Of a stretch of 64,000 nt of DNA, positions 12,249 to 33,923 are shown piece by piece (within the stretch, counting starts at the first letter, position 1; each line of letters starts with the position of its first letter). A program made the position numbers and the translations under genes. The notes under the pieces were generated by a model. That model worked only from the letters and a program-made list of their open reading frames with translations. It made no database searches and was not told where the DNA came from. The stretch is from Amoebidium appalachense (taxonomy: Eukaryota; Protista; Ichthyosporea): assembly GCA_963693365.1 (NCBI GenBank), contig CAVNZM010000013.1:1637817-1701816 (forward strand), read 5' to 3'.

Positions 12249-12926
12249 CTGGTGTCCTGAGGTCCCAATTACTAGTACTTCCAATTACTAAAGCCGCCCA
12301 CTACTAAGTTGTGAAGTTTAACTGCTAGGTCCACGGGGTGTGCTTTCGTCACGGTGTTGGACCATGATATTGGACCGGGGGGGGGGGGGGGGGGGGGAGG
12401 GGGGAGGGGGGACGGGGAGGGGGAGGGGGAAGGGGGGGAGGGGGTTACTGGTACTATTCAGCACTACGAATTGTAACTATAACATCCACATTTCCAGCCA
12501 CAATTCGTGGGATGCGGCTGCAAAATACTGTGCACACGTGTAAAGGCACACATATCATATCGATTTCTAGAAATAAATTAACGCACACACAACTTGAAAC
12601 ACGCACACCGTGTACACACATACTGTAACACCTACATGAATATTACCAAACTTGAAATAGCTGCATTGATGAGCTCAGTGAGTCAACACCATCTGCATTA
12701 AACAATGTACAGCACAACCAATCGTATCCACCAATAAAAGCACAAAACCGTCTGTTATGGTGTGACCAGGGTCCGATAAGCAGAGTGTAGGAGTTGTACC
12801 GCAGTGATCAGTGTGCACTCTGTACATCCGACATGTAGACTACGAGGCGGTTGTTGCGCAATGGGCTTGAAGCCGGGCGCCAAACCAATAAAATAAAAAT
12901 ATAAAAGCACAAAGACCTAATATCAG

Positions 12927-13433
12927 CTAAACTTTGCGCACGTGCAGGTGCAGTGTGCATCCACGAGACATGACATACAGCGGCGTAGGCTCCTCCAGTT
13001 CATACCCTTCCATCGTCATTGCCTTCCACTCACTCCGTTTCCCCTTCCCCTTGCCCATCCCCCCCACCACCTCCCCCTCATCCGCCTTCTCGCCCCTCTT
13101 CTCACCCGCGCTCTTCTCACTCTCCTCCGACTCGACCGGTGGTGACACTCCAAGACGAATTGTCCCCTCATTGTCATGCATAAGAACACTTTCCCCCATT
13201 GTGCTCAAAACATCGCCGACGGTGGCGCTTGGAGGGAAAAGTCTGGCATAACGTTTGTTCTTCAAATAGCCGACATGCGTGATGAACGTACGCATGACGT
13301 GGCAGCTTTTCTCTTCGTTGATGTCTCCTACGTGTTCGCTGGCGTCGCGGAGGCCCAGGGCGAATGCGCGGACGGTTTTTGTGGCTTTTGGGGCGGCTTC
13401 GAGAAGTTGGTTGGTTTCGCCGACGGACGCCAT
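12927..13433 (-). CDS. Hypothetical protein (168 aa, may be a terminal exon) with possible ubiquitin-like C-terminal region
   Basis: Non-repetitive ORF in coding-like sequence. FPPSATVGDVL and LEEPTPL..GCTLHLHVR loosely resemble ubiquitin-fold motifs. Confidence 0.5.
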   Translation of the reverse strand: MASVGETNQLLEAAPKATKTVRAFALGLRDASEHVGDINEEKSCHVMRTFITHVGYLKNKRYARLFPPSATVGDVLSTMGESVLMHDNEGTIRLGVSPPVESEESEKSAGEKRGEKADEGEVVGGMGKGKGKRSEWKAMTMEGYELEEPTPLYVMSRGCTLHLHVRKV

Positions 13434-13624
13434 TTGTGCTTGCTGTGATGAAAAGACGTACGTATGAAGTCAAGTACAGACCTGATGGAGGCATTGCTTC
13501 GGGGTTGGTTTTAACCTTTTGTGAGTGGGTGCGAGCATGCATGCATGTGTGCGTGTGGGTGTGTGCGTGAGTGTGCATGCATGCGTGTGTGTGTGCGCGT
13601 GCTTGCATGAGTGTGTTTTCCTCG

Positions 13625-13695
<71 letters not shown>

Positions 13696-13728
13696 CGCGC
13701 GCGCGCGTGTGATGTGCGCATGTGCACG

Positions 13729-13764
<36 letters not shown>

Positions 13765-14670
13765 ACACGTGCGCGTGGACTGAGTCCGTGCATGGGTGAG
13801 AGGCGAGGGTAGAGGGAGGGGCCGGGGGGGGGGGGGGGGGGGGGGAGGGGGGGGGGGGGGGTGGGGGGGGGGAGGGGGCGGAAAAATGCAGCTGCAGCTC
13901 TGTGTGCGTTGGTGTATGCCCTTTAGTGCATGCACATGTGTTAGCTGGTGTGTAGCCGTTTCCAGCAGCTCTTTCTCTCTCACTCCGAGGCTCTCTCTCC
14001 CTCGCTCTCTCTCCCTTCCTTCCTCTCTCCCTCCCTCCCTCCCTCCCTCCCTCCCTCCCTTCCCTCCGTCCCTCCGTCCCTCCCTCCCTCTCTCTCTCTC
14101 TATCCCCCCCCCTCTCCCTCTCTCAATGACATCATATCGTAGGAGCAGCTGCACATGCTCGGGCGTTTTGTGTGTGTGTGTGTGTTTTTCGGAAAAAATA
14201 AATGGTAGGTTGCACGTGACAGAAAATTTGTGCATGAGGCTTGGGCAGCACACGAAATGCTGGTGGGTGTCCCGCAGAACGCATGCATTTACACGTTGGG
14301 TGACAAGTGTTTCTTGTCATCCATTTCGTCATGCATATGTATGAGTATGTAGATATATGCCACAAAAGAGTGCAGGTTATAATTTTTCGGACTCTGAACT
14401 ATTTGTGCCCTGCATGACTCCACCTTTAAATTGCCTCTAAGTGATGTCCCGGCCCCGGGCTTGTGTTTTCCTAGCTATCAACAACCGTTTCATCTGGTTA
14501 CAATAAAGCGTTGTCACCGGTTCTGCTGTTTCCCTTAAAGTTTTTTCATTCACTTTCATTCCTTCTTCTTCTCTTTCGTTTTTCTAAACGATTTTCTATT
14601 TCTTTCCCCTTTTTCGAGCCGAGGGTGCGCGTGTGTGTTTCACGTGCACACGGCCCATTTTTCGGGTGGA

Positions 14671-14712
<42 letters not shown>

Positions 14713-14788
14713 TGTTTGTGTATGTGTGTGTGTGTGTGTGTATGTGTGTGTGTGTGTGTGTGACTGTGTGTGCGTGTGCGTGTGCGTG

Positions 14789-14890
<102 letters not shown>

Positions 14891-14926
14891 TGTGTGTGCG
14901 TGTGGTGTGTGTGTGTGCCACGGTGT

Positions 14927-14957
<31 letters not shown>

Positions 14958-16052
14958 GGGGGGAGGGGGGGGGAGGGCGGGGGGAGGGGGGAAGGGGGGG
15001 GTTACTTGTATGTGCCACTGAGGTTTTTGCAATCCGGGAAAGCAGCAAAAAATCACTGTCTCGACTAAAAAAATTGCACTGCTGAGCGAAAGACGTTGCA
15101 ACAAAACCACCTGGGATTTATACACCTTCAATAGCGAATTTATTGAAATATTGTGGCAAAATGAAGCACTTATGCAGGCTGAGAGCCTTTGTTTGACACG
15201 TTCCACCACAAACGCCGTGCTGACTCCCGAGTGACTCGATGCTGTGGTGGTGGTGTAGGAATATCGTGTTATCGTTCAAACTTTGGCGCCAAAAAGCTAG
15301 CGTTCTCATTGGTTAAGAATCTCCTATTTCAATTTCTACCAATGAACCATTTTTATAAAATCGAAGTCATGAACGATTCACGATCTGCAGCCTAAGGCAG
15401 GTTTTTACCCATGATTTGGCAGAGAAAAATAGAGGCTTTAAACTTTACAATTTAAACTTAGGTGACATTCCTCCTTTAAAATGTACGAAATGTATTTAGA
15501 AGTTTTAAATGGTAGCCGTTTACTTTCTGTCTTGATCTGGCGCCCAAGTACAAAAATCTCGTGACAGCAACGGGCGAGACATCATTTCACACAGAAACGA
15601 GAACTAAACTAAAGACAAATTAAACTAAACCCAAAAAGTGGCAGGAAATAACGTTAAGTATAAGCATCAACCGCAGGAGTAATCTCGACAAACGAAAGTG
15701 ACTGAGCTCTTTACGCTTGGAAGTTGCAGTTTGTCTTCCTATCAATCATTCATTTTCTTTCCTAACGAACGAGAAACCAAGAAACCCTAAACGGTGAGTT
15801 CTTGCACTTTCACTGGATGCACACACTTGGGTTGTCTCTTACGTCTGAATAGATATAAGCGTTTTTTTTTGTAAAAAACCTTTTTTCTTGCAAATAGCCC
15901 TTTTGCATGAGAAGGAATTCCTGCAGGCGCGCCAACACGCAGCTTATTTGTACACGCAGCTTATTTGTGCAGGGTTTCCTGTTTCACATCTTGCGCTCAC
16001 AACATACAAGCATTGAACTTACAGGCAACGTTTCTTCCTTCCACAGATTAAA

Positions 16053-20336
<4,284 letters not shown>

Positions 20337-20727
20337 GATAGATATATTATATGTGTGATGTATGGCTAGCGTATGTAGATGTGAGTATAGTGGTAATGAT
20401 AGTGATAACGCGCAAACCGCATGTGTTTGGTCAACACACGGTTGCGAACCGATGATCTATGTTGGTAGTTTTTTACACACTTAACAAGCGCAACCGTCAC
20501 AAGTTCCAACAGTAGTAACTTTCGTGAATTTCAGACGTGAGTCAGAATCCCATGAGTTTGTAATCCGCTTTATGATTGGTCGGCAGCTGCTGCACGCTGT
20601 GTCCATAGTCGAATGACCCCCCAACCAATGATCTTATTATTAAATAGCCTAAAAAGGCAAAATAAGCTTGCACATAATTGGTGCCCTGTTTCAAATTGGA
20701 GCTTAGTAGTGGAACTGCCTGCCCCCC

Positions 20728-20758
<31 letters not shown>

Positions 20759-22737
20759 GGTGGGGTAGGGGTAGAGGAGGAAACCACACAAAGTGACGAA
20801 ATCCACCCCCTTACCACACACACACACACATCTAAAGAGGGTGGGGATGAAAAATTAAATGGAGAAAACAAAGGCCAGGAATTTTAAAAAGAAGAAAGGG
20901 GGAAAAAATCATTGGACATATGGGCACAAGCACACAGGAGTCTCCTTCCCCCCACCACCACCACCACCGGAGGCCTCCCCACACACGCACGTCGTACTGT
21001 ACGTACGTACACGGGTACACCAAATATTGGCAAGAGGGACGGTGCTTGGTGATGGTGGTGGTGGTGATGGTACCGGTGTGCGTGTGTGTGTGTGTGTGTG
21101 TGTCACGGTTTGGATGGGGAGGTGGGGAGGACTCTGAGGAGGCCTAGGACGAAAAATCGGCAAACTGACATGTACATTTTTGTAAGAACTTGACGCGAAA
21201 CTTTCACCGTACGTCCCCCACCCAAAGCAGTAGCTACAACCTCCCCTCCCCCCCCCCCCCCCCCCCTTCCCCCCACCCCCCCCCCCCCCCCCCCCCCCCC
21301 CCCGCCCCCCCCCCCCTCCCCTCCGGCCCCCCCCCCCCCCCCCCCCCCCCCTTCCTCCCTCCCCCCCCCCCCCACAAACAGGCACACAATTATGTACACT
21401 GCACACGCATGCACACACACGTATACGTACACCACACATACGCACACCGGCACGTGTCCACGCACACACACGCACACATGCACACAAGCACACACACACA
21501 CGCACACACACACACACACACACACACTGGCACACACACACAGACACACAGGCACACACTCACACACACTCAAACACACGTACACACGCGCACACGCACA
21601 CACACACACACGCACACACGCGCAGTAACATGGCCATGGCGCAGCCCAGCCGGCTGCCAACCACTGGGCCCCGGGGCACTACAAAAAAAATAAATTACAA
21701 TAGCTCAGATCTAAAGCAACAAGCAACAAGCACAGCATCTGTGCTTGTTGATTGGATGCCGTTTCGGGGTGTGAAACTCTGTGAACACACATCAGAGGAT
21801 CGATTAGACCTCAACCGTTCAAACGCATTGATGTCCCTTGTATAACATCCTTACTAACTATATATGACGTGTCGCCGGATGGTCCAAGTAGAGCATTTTT
21901 TTGGATGCTTGTTGATCGCTTGCCAAAATTCTCCAGAGAAAAGTATAAAAGCAAAAATACGATCTAGCATGTGGTAGTAAACATGGTAGGCCTAGTAGTG
22001 AGACGCTAGTGCAGGCCCTGCGAGATCTAAGCAGATCTATTTGTGATATTTGATTGGTTGGTGTTTGTCATGTACTGAGATCCAGGCCAGCAGATCCCAT
22101 AGCACCACCGGTCCACGAGCACACTGAGCACGTGCAGAGAATGGTGGGGTGCTTGTGGCGGATCATTACATGTACACACCAAAAAGGAAGTAAGTTTGAG
22201 GAGGTGAAAGTAAAAAAATGAACACATAATTCTATACTTAACGCTGCAGATATGGCAAATGGAGTACATAAAATTTGGAATATAAATGGTCAAAAAGCCA
22301 CTCAGATATCCGACGGCCGTGCAAGCCATTGCGAGCTACCATGCAGTCGAATTCCACAAATTTTATGGTGGCTTCTTGTTGGTAAAGGCAGCTCGTACAT
22401 AATCTTGCGCATCTGCCGGTATATATAGGCCGGGGACCACTGGCCAAAGCTTTGGAACTGAGTTAAATTTAGGTAAAGTTCCAAACAGAGATCTCAACAA
22501 AGCAACCTAACCTGCATCAGCTGAGTAGCAAGGACGCCCACTCCTGCCTCCTTTCAGTTTGAGGTGAACCAACGTAGAAAAGTTCTTTTTCTCTCCTCTC
22601 TTCTGCAGCAAATTTGACCTTTTCTTTTTCACTTCGTTTTTTTAACACGGTAGGCTCTCCTTTCACCGTTTTGGGCGTGAAAACGCTCACTGGATTCTTG
22701 AACAACTGTCAGAGGCTCCTACAGTGAGAAATCAAAA

Positions 22738-24853
<2,116 letters not shown>

Positions 24854-24873
24854 GTCGGTCTCAAACACATATA

Positions 24874-24904
<31 letters not shown>

Positions 24905-25144
24905 CCCCCACCCCCCCCCCCCCCAACACACACGCACACACACACACACGCACGCGCGTGAATACACAAGTAAGCATGCACGAACGGCAAGCACACACAT
25001 GCACGCGTGGGCACACACACACACACACGCACACGCACACGCACACATGCACACACACACATACACAATCATAATCACACATATGCAGGCACACACACAC
25101 ACACTCATACCCACGCATATGCATGCGCGCGCACACACACACAC

Positions 25145-25176
<32 letters not shown>

Positions 25177-27554
25177 TCGGACACACGCACACTCGGACAT
25201 TTGCACAAACACACCAAGAACACACACATAGTTGCACCTGCGCATGCACATATGTGTACACATGCACAAATAAACAACATACATGCATGTACACACCAAG
25301 ACAAGAACACTCTTATCCCCGCTGCCTGTTTCAGTGAGTACATCCACATTCAGTGTTTGTAAGCAAAGTAACATTGTCCCGTCATGATAACCTTCCCCCC
25401 CCCCCCCCCCCCCCCCCGCCCCACACACACACACACACACACACATACAAACACACACACATACACACACATACACACACCGTGGCACACACACACACAC
25501 ACACACACACACTAACCAACAGGCAACCCCCCCTTCCCCTGCCCGCTCCCCCCCCCATCCCCCTCCCCACTCCCACCCAAACCCACCCACCGCCTGCCAT
25601 CAACCTCCACGACCATCTGACTCACCACCCCACACTTTACCCGGTCGTTACCATAAGGACACATGCATACACATTCTAGATCTATAGCACATGCATTGCC
25701 AACTCGTACACCCCCGCCTGCAATGAGACCCCCCCCTCCCCTTCCCCCTTCTCTCTCTCTCTCTCCCCCCCCCCCCCCCCCCCCAAAAAAAAAAATAAAA
25801 ATAAAAATAAAAACCACCCACCCACAGACACGTATATGACACGTGCAATGTAAGAAAGAAAAAAAAAAAAAAAAAAAGTGCTCTAGACACCATGGAAAGA
25901 AACCATATGCAGCAGATACTATAATTTCCCTCTCAGCCCGATGGAGACTTCGTTTGCCCCCCACAACACTGCAGATGCAAGAACGAATGCAACGAACCCC
26001 CCTCGAAAAACACCAAAAACCCCGGCCGGTGCGAAGTGGAATGGTTTGACCGGTTCGGAAACGGGAAAAACGGATTCGACTTCAAGTCGTGCTCTAAGTG
26101 GGTGGCAAATCCCGGTACAATTGGTATATATTATTGATATAAGTTACGCATTTAGCAGAAGCTTTTTTTTTCTTTTTTTTTCTTTCTTTTTTTTTTGAAT
26201 ACCCGCCGGGGGGAAGGAAGAGAGAAGGGACAAACGGGTGGGTGGGGAGGGGGGGGGGGGGGGGGGGGGGGGGAGTTGGAGGGAGTGGTGAGGGAGGGGG
26301 AGGGGGGGGGGGGGGGGGGGGGGGGGGAGGGGGAGTCCGGGAGGCTTGGGAATGGAGCATTATTTTGTTCGGATCCTGAGTCGGACGTCTCTAGTCAGCG
26401 ACTATGTAATCAAACGTGGAGAGATTATACGGCCGTAGGCTGCCAGTAGTAGTAATTTGCAAATAAGAGTTACGATACGCGTGGTAGTCTTAACGGATTT
26501 AGACTAGGGGTGCAGGGTTTTTAAATGCTTTTTCACAAGATAACATCATCAGGAGCCTTACATGTTGCGAAAAGAAAAGACGTGAAGTATACAAAAAAAA
26601 AAAAAAAAAAAGCATGCCGGGGGTGCAGCGCTTCGAGTTGAGTGACGTCATCGATTTGATTATAACAATATACCACCAGTTATTAATGAAAACAAACTAA
26701 ATAAATATTGTCTAGACGAGAGTATTTTACTCTATAAAAAAAAAGGTTACAGTGACACTATGAGTTGGATGGCTTCGTTCAGTTACTGTAGTTTTGGAAC
26801 CGTTGAATCATCAATAATAGACCCGGGACTCGAAATGATCTTGTTGAACAAGTGCATTCCGTTTCTCAGATAAATTTTTCTTGTTGAATGGTGTGGGCCA
26901 GTGTGTGCTGCGTTTCTCAGATAATAATTTTTTTGTTATATGGTGTGGGCCAGTGAGTCCTGGTGAAGGGTAGAGGTAAGAGTAGAAGGAAGGGGAATTT
27001 GGGAGGCCGGGGGGAGTGGGGGGGGGGGGGGGGGGGGGGAGGGGGGAGGGGGGATGTAACTGAAAGCAATCCGAGGCCCTCTTAATAATGAATGGTGAGG
27101 GGCGGGGGGGGGGGGGGGGGGGGGGGGGGAGCGGGGAGGAAGGAGAAGCCAGTCACTTGTTTACCTTTTTATTTTTTCAAGGGAGTAGGGTGTGTGTGCG
27201 TGTGGTGGTGGTGGTGGGGGGGGGGGGGGGGGGAGGGGGGGGGAGGGGTCAGAAGTAGTCACCTTTTCCTTTTTTTTCTTTTAGAAAGAGGGGAGGAAGG
27301 AGGAGGGGGGGGGGAGGGGGGGGGGGGGGGCTCCCCACTGGGCCCGACAGGTGCCCCACCCCCACCCCCTCCCCTCCCCCCTCCCCCTCCCCCTTCTTCC
27401 AACACCCCCCCCCCCCCCCCCTTCCCCACGGTCTCCTCTTTTTCGACACACCTTAATGTCTCTCTCCATGTCTTTCTCCCCATCCACCCCTCTTTCCCCC
27501 CCCCCCATCCGTCCCCCCCCTCCCCCCCCACGGGTCCCCCCCCCTTTTCTCTCT

Positions 27555-27735
<181 letters not shown>

Positions 27736-28338
27736 GCTCTCTCTGTGTCTCTCTCCCCCCCCCCCCCCCTCCCCCTCCCCCTCCCCCCGCAGAGCGGAGA
27801 GGTGGAGGACGGCAAGGCAGAGGGCAGGGAATATCATGTTGTGCTTGGAGCGCGTCATGTTTTTTTGGTTTCAGCCAGGTGGCACTGCTCGACCATGATC
27901 CTAAATGTTAACGTTATAACAGTACACGGACCGTATGATGCGGTCACTATGCCGGAGGATAAATTTCTGACCGAGAGGCTGACACACAGAAGATTTTTAC
28001 ACGTGATCTTTGTCCAATGATATGGTCCAAGCGCCGGCTGGGCTGGCCAATCGAAATCATATTACCTCCTCCTTCTCCTCCCCCCCCCCCCCCCCCGCCC
28101 CTGGCGGGCCCCTTCCCCTCCACCCCTCCCCCTTCTCAACACAAACATAAACACACATATACACACACACACGCACACAGACACTCACACTCACACACAC
28201 ACACAGGCACACACACATGCACACGCACACGCACACACACGAATACACCCACACACACATGCAAGTACACAAGCGCACACACACACGAACACGCACACAC
28301 ACAGACACACACACACACACACACACACGTGCACACAA

Positions 28339-28401
<63 letters not shown>

Positions 28402-28419
28402 CGCACACACGCACACACA

Positions 28420-28559
<140 letters not shown>

Positions 28560-28800
28560 TCTTTTTTCCCTATCTCTGTTTCCCCGTCGTGCTTTTTACC
28601 TTACGGCTTTAATACTCTTTTCCACTGTGTTGGACGGTGGTAAACCCTGCCATGGCTAATGCTCCTGTGGGTTGGCCTTAGCATATATTACTTAAACCAT
28701 GGTTGGTTTAAGTTAGAGGGGTCCCAAAGGGGTTTGGTGGGAGACCCTCGCAGTACTGTTGATTATAAATTTCAACAAGCCTTTAAAATTTCTGAATGAG

Positions 28801-28833
<33 letters not shown>

Positions 28834-29421
28834 CTGAGCTAAAATTGCATCCACCGTACAGGGGCCTTTCTTGTTCATCCGGAAGTCAAATTCAAAGGAG
28901 AACACCTACTCTGGGCATTTAAATTTTTTATTAACGCAGTTTTTAAATTTTAATACTACAGTCACATGGCCGCAGCCTGTGCCTTGGTCTGTATTACTTA
29001 ACAAGAATATCGATCGAATCCCATTCCCCCCCCCCCCCCCCCCCCCCCCCCCCTTCTTTCTTTTCTTCTCAGTTTATTTGCCCCCCGGCCCCCCCACCCC
29101 GCCCCCCTCCCCTTCTAGATCTCCCCCTTCCCTCTGGGGCCCTCCCCCCCCCTCCCCCCTCCCCTAAAAAGCTCCCCCAGCCCCCCCCCTCCCCCCCCCC
29201 CCCCCCCCCTTTCTTTTATTAATTTTTATTCCATGCCTCCGTCCCTTGGGTGGGTGCCGGCCTAGGAGAGCGGACCCTATCAACTGTACAGACTCGTGCC
29301 CGTATACGTTAAGACCTTCCCGAGCCTTCTCTTCAGCCTGAATAGTATATAGTATGCATTGCGATCAGTTAAACTGAGCACAAACGCTGATACGCTTGCA
29401 ATAGTGGACTTAAAGTGTCAT

Positions 29422-29556
<135 letters not shown>

Positions 29557-29734
29557 GTGGCACGTGCACAAGCACTGTGACATCCATAGGCAATGGCAGG
29601 CAGGCAGAAACGAACACACTCAGTCGGACACACTAACATATTCCAAATATCATGATGGTCGTTCGCCCGCACACACACCAGCACACATACACACAAACAC
29701 ACAAACACACACACACACACACAAACACCCACAC

Positions 29735-29787
<53 letters not shown>

Positions 29788-29802
29788 CGCGAAAACACAC
29801 AC

Positions 29803-29969
<167 letters not shown>

Positions 29970-30282
29970 TAAAAAAGCTCATCTCCGCCCCCCCTCCCCC
30001 CCCCCCCCCCCCCCTGGCCCCCCCACACCCACACCCACACGTGCACAGACACACACACTCCTCCTTACCCCCCCACCCCCCCCCTGCCCCACCCCCCCCC
30101 CATCCCCCCTACCCTTCCCGCAGCACTTCACCTTTCTCCGCTTTCCCTTCCCTCCCCCCCCCCCCCTCCCCTTCCCCTTCCCCCTCCCCCCTACACCACC
30201 ACCACCACCACCACACACACACACACAGTGTCACCCACAAAGCTCATCCCCCCTCGAGCTCCGGATCCCCCCCCAACTCCCC

Positions 30283-30313
<31 letters not shown>

Positions 30314-30455
30314 AACATACAAACACTGCCCGCTCACCCTTTCCCGGACCCCTATTCCCCTTTCCCTTCCCGACACCCTTCACTCTTCCTCACCCTCCCC
30401 ACCCCCAAATACGGGGTGCTATGGAAGTTGTCACACGTGCATGCATGTTTCTGTG

Positions 30456-30569
<114 letters not shown>

Positions 30570-31283
30570 CGTGCGTGTGTGTGTGTGTGTGTGTGTGCGT
30601 GCGCGCGCGTCACGGCGTGTGCGTGTGAGTTTGTGCGTGTGTGCGTGCCAGCAAAATTTATTATAGTGTAAATCCCACCCGACGTCCCACCGGTGGTTGG
30701 CCCCATGAATTGTCCCCCCCTCCCCCCCTCCCCCGGGCCCTCGCCCCTCGTTCCTCTTTTTCATGCATATGACCAGCATGCGCATTCCTCCCCCCCGAGC
30801 CCACCCCATCCGCATTGTAATCCCCCAGCTACATGTACCTTCTGAGGTAGCTCATATTTTTCAAGGGCCGCGGACGACCCGGAGAGGGGCTGATCACGTG
30901 ACTCACCTACTCTTGAAAAATACTCTGCCTGGTAAATGTGGTAATCCCCCCTTCCGGAAGTCCTCTCTCTAAACTCTCTTTGTCGACTCAGCCTTGTCAG
31001 TCATCAATGATCATGATCAGTGAGTCACGGACCCCTCAGGTGCTGGCACTGCACGTCACGTGTGCCCCTCGCAAATATTTATTGACGATTTCCAAAACCA
31101 TATATTGCTGATAAATATAAAAACCAAGTATGCAGAACTCATAAGAACTTGAAGCCTTCTCTCCCGGAATTGCAACCTATGTAGGCCCCAGGAAACAACG
31201 AAAAGGCAGTGAAATGATTACACAGAACTCCCCCACGCGTGCGTGGCGAGTGTGTTTTGGATTTTTTATTCTATTTTATTCTA

Positions 31284-31314
<31 letters not shown>

Positions 31315-31667
31315 GGGGGGATTAAATTTAGGGTTGGTATGTAGCCTAAGGGTCTATTACGTAATTTTTGAGAAAATTAGTACTATTGATCTTAAATTCA
31401 AGTTATCTTAATGCCAGCTATCCCTGTACCATCTTCCACTAAGCATCGCCCGTACCCTAGCTAGGTTGCCATATTAAAAGACTCAAGCAGCCAATCTGAC
31501 ACACCTTTACAAATTCTACATAAGCTCTGCAGAGCCAAGTGGAGGCCAGCCTCTAGATCTGTGAGGTGAAACGGCATCGAAAAAGAAATTGACTGCTAAA
31601 TAAAATCAATCAAAAAATTAAATTAAAATAAGCGCTTTACTGATCTGGTGATGAACGTTGGACTTAT

Positions 31668-33301
31668 CAGGACAGTTTGCTGTGTTGCAAGCCTCCGCAG
31701 TCGTGCCGCTCCTGGGACAGCTTATACCCCCATTGCACATGCGCGTGCCTGTGCGGTTACCGCCCCCACACGATGCACTGCACAAACTGAAGGTCCAATC
31801 ACTCCACGAGGCTGGAATCAATTAATCACGGGGTGATCAGTGAATGGTGTTGTAAGGCGACTCATGGGGCAGGATATGTATATAAGTTACGGTATAGAAC
31901 TTTCTATCAGTTACGTCATCTATATTCCCTGAATGTGAGATTAGTGATCAAGTTGGCAACTTAGCCGTTCGGAACGTGTACATGTATGTTGGTAATTTTG
32001 TTTTATGATGTCACATTATATCATCCTGCCTGAGGATAACGGCAGAGCCAAGTGGAAGATCGTAGCTGTCGTCTATGATGTTAAACTGGATAAAACAAAT
32101 AAAATTAAATTCAATACCAAATTAAACTTTTAAGCCAAGATTAATTAATATTGACTTACGGCCCGGGCACGAGTTTGTGCCGCAAGTCTCCAACGCTGAG
32201 CCGTTCCCAGGGCAGGTTGTCCCCCCAAGGCACATGCATGTGCCTGTGCGGTTACCGCCCCCACACGCTGCGCTGCACGAACTGAAGGTCCAATCACTCC
32301 ACGAGGCTGGAAGAAACACGTGACATTAGGCCAATCAGTGAGTCAGTTTTAATCATTGCCATAATTTTTAATACTATAGCCCCCACTCGCTCCAGAACAT
32401 TGCTGGGGAAAAAACATGTGACGATTGACCGATTAGTGGGTCAGTTTTAATTGCAACGGCCATGCAGATTCGAAAATGAATATTCCCATGTATACAGCCT
32501 AGCCTAGGGGTAGGCGTAATCTATAGTATTGCTATTACTAAGTTAATGGGTAAAGATACTCCCAACTAGTAGGATTGTATACAGAAGACGGTTTCAAAGT
32601 TGTTAGCCGAAAATCTGGGCCCACAGTACACTAGGTTTAGTCGTTTTGTGAATCATGCGCTACCCGGGGGGGGGGGGGGGGGGGGGGTTCAATTCCAGTT
32701 GGCTACATGCAGAATTTGCGTAACCTAGGCCTTGTATTTGGTCACAATGTGTTGGGTCGTGAAATCCATCAAAATAGGCTTTAAGGACGGCGTTTTCAAA
32801 AATGAGTTTAAACTAAAAGAAAGAAAAAGAAAAAAAAATAACTGGTTGCCAAAGTTTGTTTGGGGGGAGGGGGGAGGAGGGGGGGGAGGGGGGGTGGGGA
32901 GGGGGAGGGGGGGAGGTAAGTTTTTTTCACATTCGTGTTGGCTTACGTGAAGGAGAGCATGCGTTTTTGCTGCACTGTTCAATGGTGCTGGCGTTCCCTC
33001 CGGGGGCAGTTTGTACCCCCCGGGCACATGCGTGAGCCTGTACGTGTACCCCCACCGCACGTCGCGCTGCACGAACCGAAGCTCCAATCGCTCCACATTG
33101 CTGGAATTTTGTGGGGGTAAGAGGGGTTTTTGCAATTTGATGACCCATTCAAAATGCAACTTGTAATATGGGTCACTAATACTGATCCAGTCATAAAAGT
33201 GACCAATCGAATCGCACAATAGATCAGTGGTGGCAAATAGTGGGCGGCACATATGGTGTTGACCGTGTGGGTGGGTGGGTGGGTCGGGTTTTTTTTTTTT
33301 T

Positions 33302-33351
<50 letters not shown>

Positions 33352-33923
33352 CTGTCCCACGCGTGGAAGACTCTAGTAGCTGTGAAGCGCATTGAACGAG
33401 TGCGAAACAAAACTCATGCTAGTGATCCAAACTTATGGCCACTCGAAAATAGGATCTGCTGCTAGGGGCACAAAAAAAAAAAAAAAAAAAAAAAAAAAGC
33501 TGATGTTTCGCCATAGTAAGATGGTGTATAGAGTCTTATCTTCCAATCAGTAAAAACAAGTGGATACTATCGGGCCAGGTGTGCCAGTGTACCCGGAGGG
33601 GGGGGGGGGGGGGGAGGGGTGTGTGCGTGCCCGTTTGTGTCAGGGTATGTCTTTCTCTATGTCTTGCTCTCTTTATGTGTGTGTGGGTATATGTTTGTGT
33701 GTACATGTGTGTGTGTCTGTGTGTTCGTCTGTGTGTGTTTAGCTGCTACGGTTTGTCGCGGCGTGTTCTATACGAGACTTAGGACATGCCGCCGTGTTGC
33801 AATCCTCCTTCATCGAGCTGCTCCCAGGACAACTTCCACCCCCCGTGCACGTGCGTGTGCCTGTGCGCACACCTACCCCACACGTCTTACTGCACAAACC
33901 GAAGCTCCAGGCACTCCAAAAAC
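31668..33923 (-). CDS. Four tandem thrombospondin type-1 (TSP1) repeat exons: 33774-33923, 32947-33100, 32160-32306, 31668-31811; possibly pseudogenising
   Basis: Each exon encodes WS(D/A)W(T/S)F..CS..CG.G.RTG..(M/T)C.GG..CP......E.C....C. All are phase 1-1. The exon at 32947-33100 has a +1 C in a C run; the last exon has ATAAGT where a GTAAGT donor is expected. Confidence 0.8.
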
